From assembly GCA_910584305.1 (NCBI GenBank), contig CAJTZW010000004.1, forward strand, positions 45,967 through 109,966: DNA of 64,000 bases, given 5' to 3'. Positions within the stretch are counted from its first letter, which is position 1. Every line of letters begins with the position of its first letter. Shown piece after piece: positions 20,861 through 29,539 of the stretch. The stretch comes from an uncultured Bacilli bacterium (GTDB taxonomy: Bacteria; Bacillota_I; Bacilli_A; RF39; UBA660). The position numbers and the translations under genes were made by a program. The notes below the pieces were generated by a model that did not search any database, was not told where the DNA came from, and saw only the letters and a program-made list of their open reading frames with translations.

Positions 20861-20899
20861 CATTAACGCTTAATTGTGCGATGTTGCTGCTTTTTTTGT
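20852..20899 (+). terminator. Terminator/attenuator hairpin in rel leader
   Basis: aagcagtaac ... gttgctgctt 10-bp stem (one G-U) with an internal mini-hairpin attaa-cgc-ttaat. Followed by T7. Lies 17 nt before the rel RBS ggaggtg. Confidence 0.5.
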
Positions 20900-20915
20900 A
20901 GTTGGAGGTGTTTAT

Positions 20916-22358
20916 ATGAATAATATCACCATTGAAAAATTACTTGATGTTGTTAGATGTTATAATGAAGAGTCAGCAGAAGAAGTAAAAAAAGCTTATG
21001 AATATGCAAGCAGTCTTCATGAAGGTCAGATGAGACAGAGTGGAGAGCCATATATTTCACATCCTTTAAATGTAGCTTATATTTTAGCAGAAATGCATGC
21101 AGATAAAGATACATTATGTGCAGGTCTTTTACATGATACATTAGAGGATACTGATACTACTAAGGAAGAAATTGCTAGATTGTTTAGTGATGATGTTGCT
21201 AATATGGTAGATGGAGTTACTAAAATTAGTAAATTAAATTTTTCTACTAAACAAGAACAAAATATGGCCAATACAAGAAAGATAATTACTAGTATGCAGT
21301 CAGATATTCGAATTGTACTCGTTAAACTTGCAGATAGATTACACAATATGAGAACTCTACAGTTTAAATCAGAATATAAACAAAAAGAAAATTCGATTGA
21401 AACGATGGAATTATTTGTACCCATGGCTTACCAATTAGGAGCATATCGAATAAAAAGTGAATTAGAAGATCTATCTTTTAAGTACATCGATCCAGATGGC
21501 TATAAAAAAATACAAGCGATTATGAATCGTATAGAAGAAGATAGTAAATCTTGTATTGAAGAAATGCTTGGTAAAATTAATGAAATATTGAGTGCTAGAG
21601 AAATACCAAATGAAGTTAAAGTTAGAGTAAAAAATATATATGGAATTTATAAAAGGCTTCAATCTGGGCGTCGTTTAAGTGATATTCATGATTTAATTTC
21701 TTTTAAGATAATGGTAGAAGAAATTGATCAATGTTACTTGATGTTAAGACCAATTCATGAAGTATATAAACCAGTAAATGGGAAAATGAAAGATTTTATA
21801 TGTAATCCTAAAACTAATAAGTATCAATCATTACACACAACAGTCTTTGGACCTGATGATAGGCTTGTACAGATGCAGATACGTACATTTGATATGGATA
21901 AAGTAGCGTCTTTTGGGCTTGCTACATATTGGGATATTCATAAGGGAAAGGCTAGAACAGTAATGCAAGAAGAATTGAAAAATAAATATCAATTTTATCA
22001 ATCATTGTTAGAAATAAATAAAGTATTTGGAGATAATCAAGAGTTTGTATATCAGGCTAAGAATGAATTATTTTCTGATAAAGTATATGTTTATAATTCT
22101 AAAGGGGAAGTTATTGAACTTCCTAAAGGATCAACACCAGTAGACTTTGCATACAGAATAAGCCCTGATGTAGGGAATACTATGGTTGGGGCAATTGTAA
22201 ATGATGTTTATGTTTCTATTGATACAGAATTAAAAAATAAAGATAGAGTAATTATTGTTACTGATGATTTATCGTTTGGAGTAAGACAAGATCTGTTAGA
22301 TAAAGCAAAGACTACTTATGCTAAGCAGATGATAAAAGAATTTAATGGTAAGGGGTGA
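20916..22358 (+). CDS. rel: Short RelA/SpoT-homolog (HD hydrolase + synthetase + TGS, no ACT/zinc-finger C-terminal region)
   Basis: RBS ggaggtg before ATG 20916. HD motif HDTLED. Synthetase core YQSLHTTV...MQIRT. TGS YVYNSKGEVIELPKGSTPVDFAY. The ORF ends about 60 aa after TGS. Confidence 0.85.
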   Translation: MNNITIEKLLDVVRCYNEESAEEVKKAYEYASSLHEGQMRQSGEPYISHPLNVAYILAEMHADKDTLCAGLLHDTLEDTDTTKEEIARLFSDDVANMVDGVTKISKLNFSTKQEQNMANTRKIITSMQSDIRIVLVKLADRLHNMRTLQFKSEYKQKENSIETMELFVPMAYQLGAYRIKSELEDLSFKYIDPDGYKKIQAIMNRIEEDSKSCIEEMLGKINEILSAREIPNEVKVRVKNIYGIYKRLQSGRRLSDIHDLISFKIMVEEIDQCYLMLRPIHEVYKPVNGKMKDFICNPKTNKYQSLHTTVFGPDDRLVQMQIRTFDMDKVASFGLATYWDIHKGKARTVMQEELKNKYQFYQSLLEINKVFGDNQEFVYQAKNELFSDKVYVYNSKGEVIELPKGSTPVDFAYRISPDVGNTMVGAIVNDVYVSIDTELKNKDRVIIVTDDLSFGVRQDLLDKAKTTYAKQMIKEFNGKG

Positions 22359-22362
22359 AAAA

Positions 22363-23826
22363 ATGGATTTGGATTTTGAACTAGAAAAAATAAAGAAAAA
22401 GGTTGTAAATTTCATAGATACTTTTTCATTAGCGCAAGTTGGCTCAAGTGTTGAAAAAAATAATTTTCATGATATAGATATGCTATGTGTAGTAGATGAT
22501 AAGATGAATGGAATGTTAAGTTTAGTGGAGTGTTTTTCAGATTATCATATTCTACTTTTAGATGATGCTGTTAAAATTTTGGATTTATGTCAATATGAAG
22601 TAAGTATTGCTATTTATTCTTTTAATGAGATAGAACAACTTATTGATAATTATGTTACTGGTAATAGAGTTTTTTGTGAACATAGAACATGGACAATCGG
22701 TTATTGGACATGTGAAGGTTTTGTTCATGATCTAAAAAATTGTAAAATAATCTATGATAGCAATGATAGATTGAAAACTATAAAAATGAATTTAAGCATT
22801 GGAACTTTATATAGTAAAAAGAAAATTTTATCAGATTGCTTAGAAGAAATTGAAATTAAGCAAGAATTGTTAAAACGTCAAGACTTATTTCAAAGGACTT
22901 TTTTAAAGAATGACATTGTTTTAGCTATGATCAGAAGTTGTTATGTTTTATGTGGTTATCATTTGGAAGGTTTTAAAAATATCTTACAAGTTATTGATAA
23001 TTTGCCATTAAAATATAAGAATATTATAATAGCTTATCTTGAAAAAGATGATGACATTAATTTACAAAAAATTAAGAATGAAATTTTAACTAATATTGAT
23101 TTTACAACTAATCTTTATTTAGGAACATGGCAATATAGTGGTGATTTCAAACAGCTTTCTGATGAACAAATTATTAAATTAATTTCTTATGCTAAACAAA
23201 AAGGAATAAAGCAATTTGATACAGCATTGGTGTATGGTGGAGGCAAAGTTGAAAAGTTATTAGCCAAGGTAATTGATGATTCTGATAAAATTGTTACAAA
23301 AATACCTGCTAAGGTCAAACCTGAAATTGTTTTTGTTGGCAATTTAAAAGAATATTATGATTTTGATTATATTAAAAGCTGCTTGAATACGTCATTATCT
23401 AATTTAAAACGTAAAAAGGTAGATATAGTATTATTACATAATTGGGTTAAGGAATGGAATGATTCTACAGATTTAATGGATTGGCTGACATCATTAAAAA
23501 AGTCTGGTTACGTTGATAAAGTAGGAATTTCTTTACCTAATGGCTACGGAGAGTGTTTACCTGAACACATTTTAAAACAAATTGATGTAATTGAAGCTCC
23601 ATATAATCCTGATAATCTATGGATTGTCAAAGATATTAATAAGTATAAAGAGAATAATATTGAAATAATATTACGAAGTTTATTTATACAAGGACGGTTG
23701 TTGTATGATAATGTACAAAACTATTCGACTATTTTAAATAAAGCTCAGTTACTTGGAACTTCATTAGTAATAGGAATGACTACAGAAACTCAAATTGACA
23801 ATAATATAAAAGTATTAAAAAGATAG
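22363..23826 (+). CDS. Fusion protein: Pol-beta-superfamily nucleotidyltransferase (N) + aldo/keto-reductase-like domain (C)
   Basis: RBS aagggg before ATG 22363. AQVGSSVEKNNFHDIDMLCVVDD fits the GS...DxD minimal NTase motif. C-terminal LGTWQY...FDTALVYGGGKVEKLL is the AKR signature. Confidence 0.6.
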   Translation: MDLDFELEKIKKKVVNFIDTFSLAQVGSSVEKNNFHDIDMLCVVDDKMNGMLSLVECFSDYHILLLDDAVKILDLCQYEVSIAIYSFNEIEQLIDNYVTGNRVFCEHRTWTIGYWTCEGFVHDLKNCKIIYDSNDRLKTIKMNLSIGTLYSKKKILSDCLEEIEIKQELLKRQDLFQRTFLKNDIVLAMIRSCYVLCGYHLEGFKNILQVIDNLPLKYKNIIIAYLEKDDDINLQKIKNEILTNIDFTTNLYLGTWQYSGDFKQLSDEQIIKLISYAKQKGIKQFDTALVYGGGKVEKLLAKVIDDSDKIVTKIPAKVKPEIVFVGNLKEYYDFDYIKSCLNTSLSNLKRKKVDIVLLHNWVKEWNDSTDLMDWLTSLKKSGYVDKVGISLPNGYGECLPEHILKQIDVIEAPYNPDNLWIVKDINKYKENNIEIILRSLFIQGRLLYDNVQNYSTILNKAQLLGTSLVIGMTTETQIDNNIKVLKR

Positions 23827-23838
23827 GTTTGTGATAAT

Positions 23839-25044
23839 ATGAATGATGTTAAAAATAATGTTATAAATGTAGAAGTAAATGGTAAAAAACATGCATTATG
23901 TGAGTATATGTTTGGAGCATTAGAAATGAATCATAATAGCCCATTGTGTTGTGTTAGTGAAGCCAATAATTCTTTTAGTATTGATTATTGGAAAGGGTGT
24001 TCTTATCAATGTGCATATTGTCATGTTCAGGGGATCTATGAAGACTTAGATGAAGATTTTAGAATGTATAAACATCCAATTCCAAGAAGTACATTTTCAA
24101 TAGAAGAAATAATAAATGCTTTGATTGAACATAAGTATTTTGAAAAGGATAAAAGTGTAATAAGTATTGCAACTTCAAGTACTGAACCTTTTGCTAATGA
24201 AGGGGTTACTGAAAGTACATTAAGAATAATGGAATATTTTGTAGAACTTGGATATAAAAATCCTTTTTGGATTGTGACAAAAGCTGGAGTTCCAAAGAAT
24301 ATTTCTAATAGATTGAGAAAGATATGTAATAATGGAAATAAAATCATGATTTCAATTTGCTACGCAAATAATCCTAAAGAGATAGAACCAGCGCAAAACA
24401 ATAGATTTAGGAATGTTGAAGAACTTAAAAATACAGGTGTAACTATTAGTTGGTATATGCGCCCTCTTGTACAAGAATGGGGTGCTAACAGGGATTCTCT
24501 TGAAAAATTAATACAAAGTGTTAGTGAAAAATATTATGATTGTATTGATATGATTATACCTGGTGGTTTACGTTGGACTGAAGGAATCGAATTTGGTTTA
24601 AAAGATATAAGAGGTCTTGAAATGCCAAAACTTATAAAAGAATATAATAAGAAAACTTTATCAAATGATATAGAAAATGCTATACTAGAGTTATGTAATA
24701 AATATTTTCCAAATAAACCAGTCTATTTTCATTCTTCATGTGGTATTTCACATATGTTAAATAAATCGAATATAGCTTTGTTAAATATTTTTGATTCTGA
24801 AGTTTGTAATAAATCGAAGTGTTTTAATAGTTGTAAAAATAAGTGTTTAAAGAGACAGTTTAAGCATAATGAATTATTGAAGTTTGAAGATGCCTTGTCA
24901 AAAATTGGTATTAACATAAAAATACATGGTATCGATTTAGAAAAAAAAATAATTTCAAAGCCTGAGTTTGATACTTATACATACACTATAAAACAACAAA
25001 TAAAGAAAACTATAGCTGAAGTTATTAGTGAGGAGGATTTATGA
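23839..25044 (+). CDS. Radical SAM protein, SplB/COG1533-like (spore-photoproduct-lyase family fold)
   Basis: WKGCSYQCAYCHVQ contains CxxxCxxC. C-terminal Cys cluster CNKSKCFNSCKNKC. 401 aa. Confidence 0.55.
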   Translation: MNDVKNNVINVEVNGKKHALCEYMFGALEMNHNSPLCCVSEANNSFSIDYWKGCSYQCAYCHVQGIYEDLDEDFRMYKHPIPRSTFSIEEIINALIEHKYFEKDKSVISIATSSTEPFANEGVTESTLRIMEYFVELGYKNPFWIVTKAGVPKNISNRLRKICNNGNKIMISICYANNPKEIEPAQNNRFRNVEELKNTGVTISWYMRPLVQEWGANRDSLEKLIQSVSEKYYDCIDMIIPGGLRWTEGIEFGLKDIRGLEMPKLIKEYNKKTLSNDIENAILELCNKYFPNKPVYFHSSCGISHMLNKSNIALLNIFDSEVCNKSKCFNSCKNKCLKRQFKHNELLKFEDALSKIGINIKIHGIDLEKKIISKPEFDTYTYTIKQQIKKTIAEVISEEDL

Positions 25045-25952
25045 AACCAAAAAGATTAGAGATAAATGATACTATAGGAGTATGTGCTCCTTCTGGTGTG
25101 GTAAAGAGTAAACATAAGAATGAATTAGATAAGGCGGAAAACTTGTTAAAAGAATTTGGAATTAATGTTGTATATTCTGAAAATCTTTATGCCAATTATT
25201 ACGGATATTCAGCTTCTGTTGAAGAAAAATGTAATGATATAAATAGTTTGATAAATGATAGCACAGTTAAAGCGATAATTTTTGCTAAAGGCGGTGCTAA
25301 TTGTAATTCTATTTTAGATAAAATAGACTATGATAATTTAAAAAAGAACCCTAAATTTTTAATTGGTTTTAGTGATAACACTATTTTATTAAATGCAATA
25401 AATAAGCAAACTGGATTGGTTACATATCATTTTACAAATTATAAAGGATTTTGCGAAGAAAATTTAGTTTTTAATAAAGCCCAATTTCAAAATGTAATGA
25501 TTAATGGTAATTATGGTGTTGTGGAAAAAAGCAGTGAATGGAAACAATTGCGTGGCGGAATAGCAACTGGAAAATTGGTAGGAGGAAATTTATCTTCGCT
25601 CGTGAAGATAGTAAATACTAAGTATTGCCCTAGTTTTAATAATTCTATTTTATTTTTAGAAGAATTAGGACTTGAGTCTGATTCAGAAATGATTTCTAGT
25701 TATTTATACCAATTGAAACAAGCTCAAGTTTTTGAAAAAATTTCAGGATTATTAATTGGAAATTATGATGCAAAAGAAAATATTTCTTTAGAAAAAATTA
25801 TTTTAGATGTGGTTAAGGAATATGATTTTCCTATAGTTAAGTGTAATGATTTTGGTCATACTAGAAATAATATAATATTACCGATAGGACTTCGTTGTAC
25901 ATTAGATGCAGATAAATGTGAATTAATGTATAATGAGAAAACAGCTATTTAA
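25041..25952 (+). CDS. S66-family serine peptidase (LD-carboxypeptidase LdcA / microcin C7 immunity MccF family)
   Basis: LIGFSDNTILLNA nucleophile-Ser motif. 303 aa. ATGA overlap with upstream stop plus RBS gaggagg (translational coupling). Confidence 0.75.
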   Translation: MKPKRLEINDTIGVCAPSGVVKSKHKNELDKAENLLKEFGINVVYSENLYANYYGYSASVEEKCNDINSLINDSTVKAIIFAKGGANCNSILDKIDYDNLKKNPKFLIGFSDNTILLNAINKQTGLVTYHFTNYKGFCEENLVFNKAQFQNVMINGNYGVVEKSSEWKQLRGGIATGKLVGGNLSSLVKIVNTKYCPSFNNSILFLEELGLESDSEMISSYLYQLKQAQVFEKISGLLIGNYDAKENISLEKIILDVVKEYDFPIVKCNDFGHTRNNIILPIGLRCTLDADKCELMYNEKTAI

Positions 25953-25963
25953 AGGAGGAAATT

Positions 25964-27097
25964 ATGCAATCAAGAAATTCAAATGATATAAAATTAAGTT
26001 ATAAACAATATTCTGATAAAATGGGATATATATATCATGACAGTATTCCAATTGTAGCTTCAGAGAAATCAAGATTGTTATTTAATATATCTGGTGGGGT
26101 TCGTTATCAAGAAGAACTATTAGAACAAAAACGTGCTGAGGAAGAACAGGTTTCATCAATTCAAAAATGTGTGAGAACAGATAGTATTGATAGCGTTGGA
26201 ATATCTGGTAGACATCATATATGTTTTGAGATGTTAGGTCATTTTATGTTTTATTCACATAATGAAAAAGAGACAAAAGAAAACTTTATTGAATTTGCAT
26301 ATAATTTTTTAGTACGTGAGTTAGAATTAGGGCGTAATCGAATTTTTGCTACTGTGCATCCCAATGATGAAGTTACATTAAGAGTTTGGAATAAATTAGA
26401 AAATAAAAATATCATTACAAATGATAAGAATATTTTTATTTCTCCTTATGCTGAAAAAAGTGCTTTAAGAACAGAAATATTATGGCAAAGAACTGATGAA
26501 TCATTGGTTGAGTTATGGAATCTTGTATTCACTCAGTTTAATAGCAGTAAATTATTTGAAAATCCTAGTTTAACGGTTGGTGCAGATTCAGGGGCTAGTT
26601 TAGAGAGAATAGTAAGTGCATACGAAAATAAAGATAATAACTATGAAAATTCAATGTGGGTGGATTATGTAAAATATATCAGTGAATTAGGGAATAAAGA
26701 TGATATATATATATTGAGGAAAATTGCTGATTTAATGAATGCTATTGTTAATTTAATTCAAGAGGGACTAATTCCAGGTAATAAAGTTCAACCATATATG
26801 TTAAGAAAAATGATGCGAAATACTTTTGATTTATGTGATGATTTATGTATTGATGTTAATCAGTTATTGAGTTATATAACAACTGATGAAAGTGTTCAAT
26901 TAATTTTTGAAGATGAAAAAAATAAGTATGATAAAAGTATTGTTAACGGATTAAAACAGGCAGAAAAATTAATAAATAAACTTGGTATAGAAAATATTGA
27001 TATTAATTATTTAAAATCAACTTGTGGACTTTCTAATAGATATATTAACATTTTATTATCGTCATCTTATGAAAAAACAAAAGTAAAAAAACAATAA
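25964..27097 (+). CDS. Stand-alone alanyl-tRNA synthetase catalytic-domain paralogue (class II AlaRS N-terminal fragment-like)
   Basis: SSIQKCVRTDSIDSVGISGRHHICFEMLGHFMF aligns with AlaRS motif 2 (SQRCVRAGG...[20 protein letters not shown]). Only 377 aa, so no editing or C-Ala domains. RBS aaaggagg. Confidence 0.7.
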   Translation: MQSRNSNDIKLSYKQYSDKMGYIYHDSIPIVASEKSRLLFNISGGVRYQEELLEQKRAEEEQVSSIQKCVRTDSIDSVGISGRHHICFEMLGHFMFYSHNEKETKENFIEFAYNFLVRELELGRNRIFATVHPNDEVTLRVWNKLENKNIITNDKNIFISPYAEKSALRTEILWQRTDESLVELWNLVFTQFNSSKLFENPSLTVGADSGASLERIVSAYENKDNNYENSMWVDYVKYISELGNKDDIYILRKIADLMNAIVNLIQEGLIPGNKVQPYMLRKMMRNTFDLCDDLCIDVNQLLSYITTDESVQLIFEDEKNKYDKSIVNGLKQAEKLINKLGIENIDINYLKSTCGLSNRYINILLSSSYEKTKVKKQ

Positions 27098-27344
27098 ATA
27101 TTTTAATTAATAATGAATTGTAAAGCAATAAAAAATTGTAAGAAATTTTATAGAGAATGTTTATCATTCTTAGATAATCAATTATATTTTTGCTAAAACT
27201 TATAAATTTTGCTAGCATATTTGGAGAAGCAGATATTAATGATGTTTATAGAAAGTAACTGATTGATGGAAGTCCGAGAATTTCTTCGCGTTATCAGGAG
27301 AACATATATGATGGTATATGAAAGAAACTATTTTTAGATGGCAC

Positions 27345-27385
27345 AAGACTCTTGCCCTATTTTAGGTCAGGAGTCTTTTTATATT
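27345..27385 (+). terminator. Hairpin + T-run in long leader upstream of acyl-AMP ligase gene
   Basis: aagactc ... gagtctt 7-bp stem with a 19-nt loop. Followed by ttttatatttt. Preceded by short uORFs with RBS. Confidence 0.35.
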
Positions 27386-27622
27386 TTAAGAAGTTGATAA
27401 AATGTTTTTACTAGTTAATCAAGGGTGTTTTAGATTATGAGTTATTTTAAATATTCAAAATAAATTTTATAAATATATAAGTGATGAAAATTATTTAAAA
27501 AAATACTTGAAATTGAAATTCAAAAAGCTAGAGTTATTGCAAGTAATAAAATGGAAGAAGTTAAATAAAAATAGGGTTAAAATTATAAGAATGTGGTATA
27601 ATTGACTTGTAAACACCAAAAT

Positions 27623-27650
27623 TTGACAAATATTTAGAAATATGTATAAT
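27623..27650 (+). promoter_or_regulatory. Strong sigma-A-type promoter for adenylate-forming enzyme gene
   Basis: TTGACA (27623-27628) - 16 nt - TGTATAAT extended -10 (27643-27650). RBS aaagagggggg follows at ~27661. Confidence 0.6.
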
Positions 27651-27682
27651 AAGCGCCAACAAAGAGGGGGGAAAAATAATAT

Positions 27683-29485
27683 ATGGAACAAAATCAAAAG
27701 AAAGATTATCAAAAAACTGCTTATCAATATTTAGAGGATCGTACTAAAAATTTAGGAAGTAATATTGCTAAAAATTTTTATGGTAGAAAGATCACTTATG
27801 ATGAATTTAAAGATAAAATATCTGATGTAGCTAAAGGGTTTAAAGGAATGGGGATTTCGGAAGGTAGTAGAGTAGGTGTGATCATGCCTAATGTTCCCGA
27901 AACATCTTATATTCAATATGGGCTTAATAAGATTGGCGCTGTTGCTGATTACATTGATCCTAGAACTAAACCAATTGTTCTAAGAGACTTTATTGAAAAT
28001 GAAAATTTAGATATGCTTGTTTGTGCAAAAGAATGTTATGGTGGTACAATTCAGCCTATTGAAGCTGATGTAAAAAATATGCTTAGAATTGCTCAGATTT
28101 TAACACCTTCTAGTCTGGAATCATTACCATTTGGTTTGAAACAATTGATGAATTTAAGAAGTCAAATTGCGAAATTATCTGAAAAAAGTAAACAGCAAAA
28201 TATTATAAATACATTGGAGTATTCCCAATTTATAAAACAGTCAAAATATATAACAGGGACAACAGCTAATTATGTTGCTGATAGATTAGCTATAATTACC
28301 CATTCATCAGGAACTACAGGTACACCTAAACCTATACCTTTGACTAATGATAATATGAATGTACTGGTTTCTCAACATGACTTATTAGATTTAGGAATAA
28401 AACCAGGTATGAAGTTTTTACATATTCTGCCTTATTTTGCTGCATATGGTTCTGTAAATTCTGAACATTTAGGCTCTTGTATGGGAATGGAAATGCTTGA
28501 AATACCTATTTTTGATATTGAAAAGCTGGCATATTTAGTTCTAAAATCAAAACCTAATATAATTATTGGTATTCCATCTTGGTGGGAAGTGATTGTTGAT
28601 AGTCCATGTATGAAGAATGCTAATCTATCATTCTTAAATGTTGCTGTTGCAGGTGGAGATTCATTAGAACCAATTAAGGAGCAAAGAATCAATGAGTTTT
28701 TAATTAGCCATGGTGCAAAATGTATACTATCTAAAGGTCATGGAATGTCTGAAATTGCTGGTTGTGGCACATATACTACAAAGGATTGCAATAATTATGG
28801 CGACGTTGGTAAACCACTACCATTTACTAAGTATTTAGTTGTAGATCCAAATACTAAAATGCCACTACCATTTGATGGAACTAAAGAAATTACAGGAGAA
28901 GCTTATATAACAAGCCCAGCTTTGTCTCCAGGAAAATTAGATGGCAAGGATGTTATTAAGACAGATTATATAGGTGGACATAGATGTGTTGTTAGTGGCG
29001 ATTTAATTACTGTTAGAAAAGATGGAAGCATTCATTTTGAAGAACGTTTAGATAGAGGATTTACTCGATTTGATGGTTACAAAATTCATCCTTCAAAAAT
29101 AGAAAATTGTATAAAGGGACATCAAGCTATTAAGGATTGTATGATAGTTAATTACTATGAAGAATTATATTATGGTAATATGCCAATAATTCATGTAGTA
29201 TTAAATGAAGAATATGTAGATGTAGATTATGAAGTTATTATAGATGAGATTGTGTTTAAAAATATGCAAAATGATAAAGAGTTAACAACAAGGGATATCC
29301 CTGTTAAATGGAAATTTAGAGATAGTATTCCAATTACTTCAATGTCTAAAAAGGATTATAAAAAGTTGATTTCCGAAGGTGTTGCTGGAGATGAATACAC
29401 TGTTAGAATTGAAGAAGATAATCTTAAAATTAAATCTATGCAAATACAAAAACCTGAACAAAATAAGGAAAAGGTTAAGAAATAA
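27683..29485 (+). CDS. Adenylate-forming (AMP-binding) enzyme, acyl/aryl-CoA-ligase-like with ~80-aa C-terminal extension
   Basis: ITHSSGTTGTPKPIPLT (A3/P-loop). GHGMSEIAGCGTYT (A5). VVSGDLITVRKDGSIHFEERLDRGFTRFDGYKIHPSKIE (A7-A8). 600 aa. Confidence 0.8.
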   Translation: MEQNQKKDYQKTAYQYLEDRTKNLGSNIAKNFYGRKITYDEFKDKISDVAKGFKGMGISEGSRVGVIMPNVPETSYIQYGLNKIGAVADYIDPRTKPIVLRDFIENENLDMLVCAKECYGGTIQPIEADVKNMLRIAQILTPSSLESLPFGLKQLMNLRSQIAKLSEKSKQQNIINTLEYSQFIKQSKYITGTTANYVADRLAIITHSSGTTGTPKPIPLTNDNMNVLVSQHDLLDLGIKPGMKFLHILPYFAAYGSVNSEHLGSCMGMEMLEIPIFDIEKLAYLVLKSKPNIIIGIPSWWEVIVDSPCMKNANLSFLNVAVAGGDSLEPIKEQRINEFLISHGAKCILSKGHGMSEIAGCGTYTTKDCNNYGDVGKPLPFTKYLVVDPNTKMPLPFDGTKEITGEAYITSPALSPGKLDGKDVIKTDYIGGHRCVVSGDLITVRKDGSIHFEERLDRGFTRFDGYKIHPSKIENCIKGHQAIKDCMIVNYYEELYYGNMPIIHVVLNEEYVDVDYEVIIDEIVFKNMQNDKELTTRDIPVKWKFRDSIPITSMSKKDYKKLISEGVAGDEYTVRIEEDNLKIKSMQIQKPEQNKEKVKK

Positions 29486-29539
29486 CCTTTTTTTTTGCTT
29501 CAATATTTGTTAATATATATAATGGAGGGAGTTAGTTAT

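Noticed and set aside
20874-20915. TTG-initiated 5' extension of rel proposed by the ORF track (MCDVAAFFVVGGVY...)
   Set aside because: The extension runs through the terminator hairpin and its T-run. The ATG at 20916 has a proper SD (ggaggtg). The 5' part is a leader/attenuator, not coding.
22345-22362. GTG start at 22345 for the NTase-AKR gene overlapping rel
   Set aside because: ATG 22363 has the better SD (aagggg) and avoids an 14-bp overlap with rel. The shorter start was adopted.
27098-27682. Possibility of a tRNA, T-box or riboswitch in the AlaRS-like/ligase intergenic region
   Set aside because: No cloverleaf-compatible arms, no T-box specifier/antiterminator T-box sequence (AATTAGGGTGGNACCGCG-like) and no recognisable riboswitch core by eye. 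Kept only as an unclassified leader in the findings.
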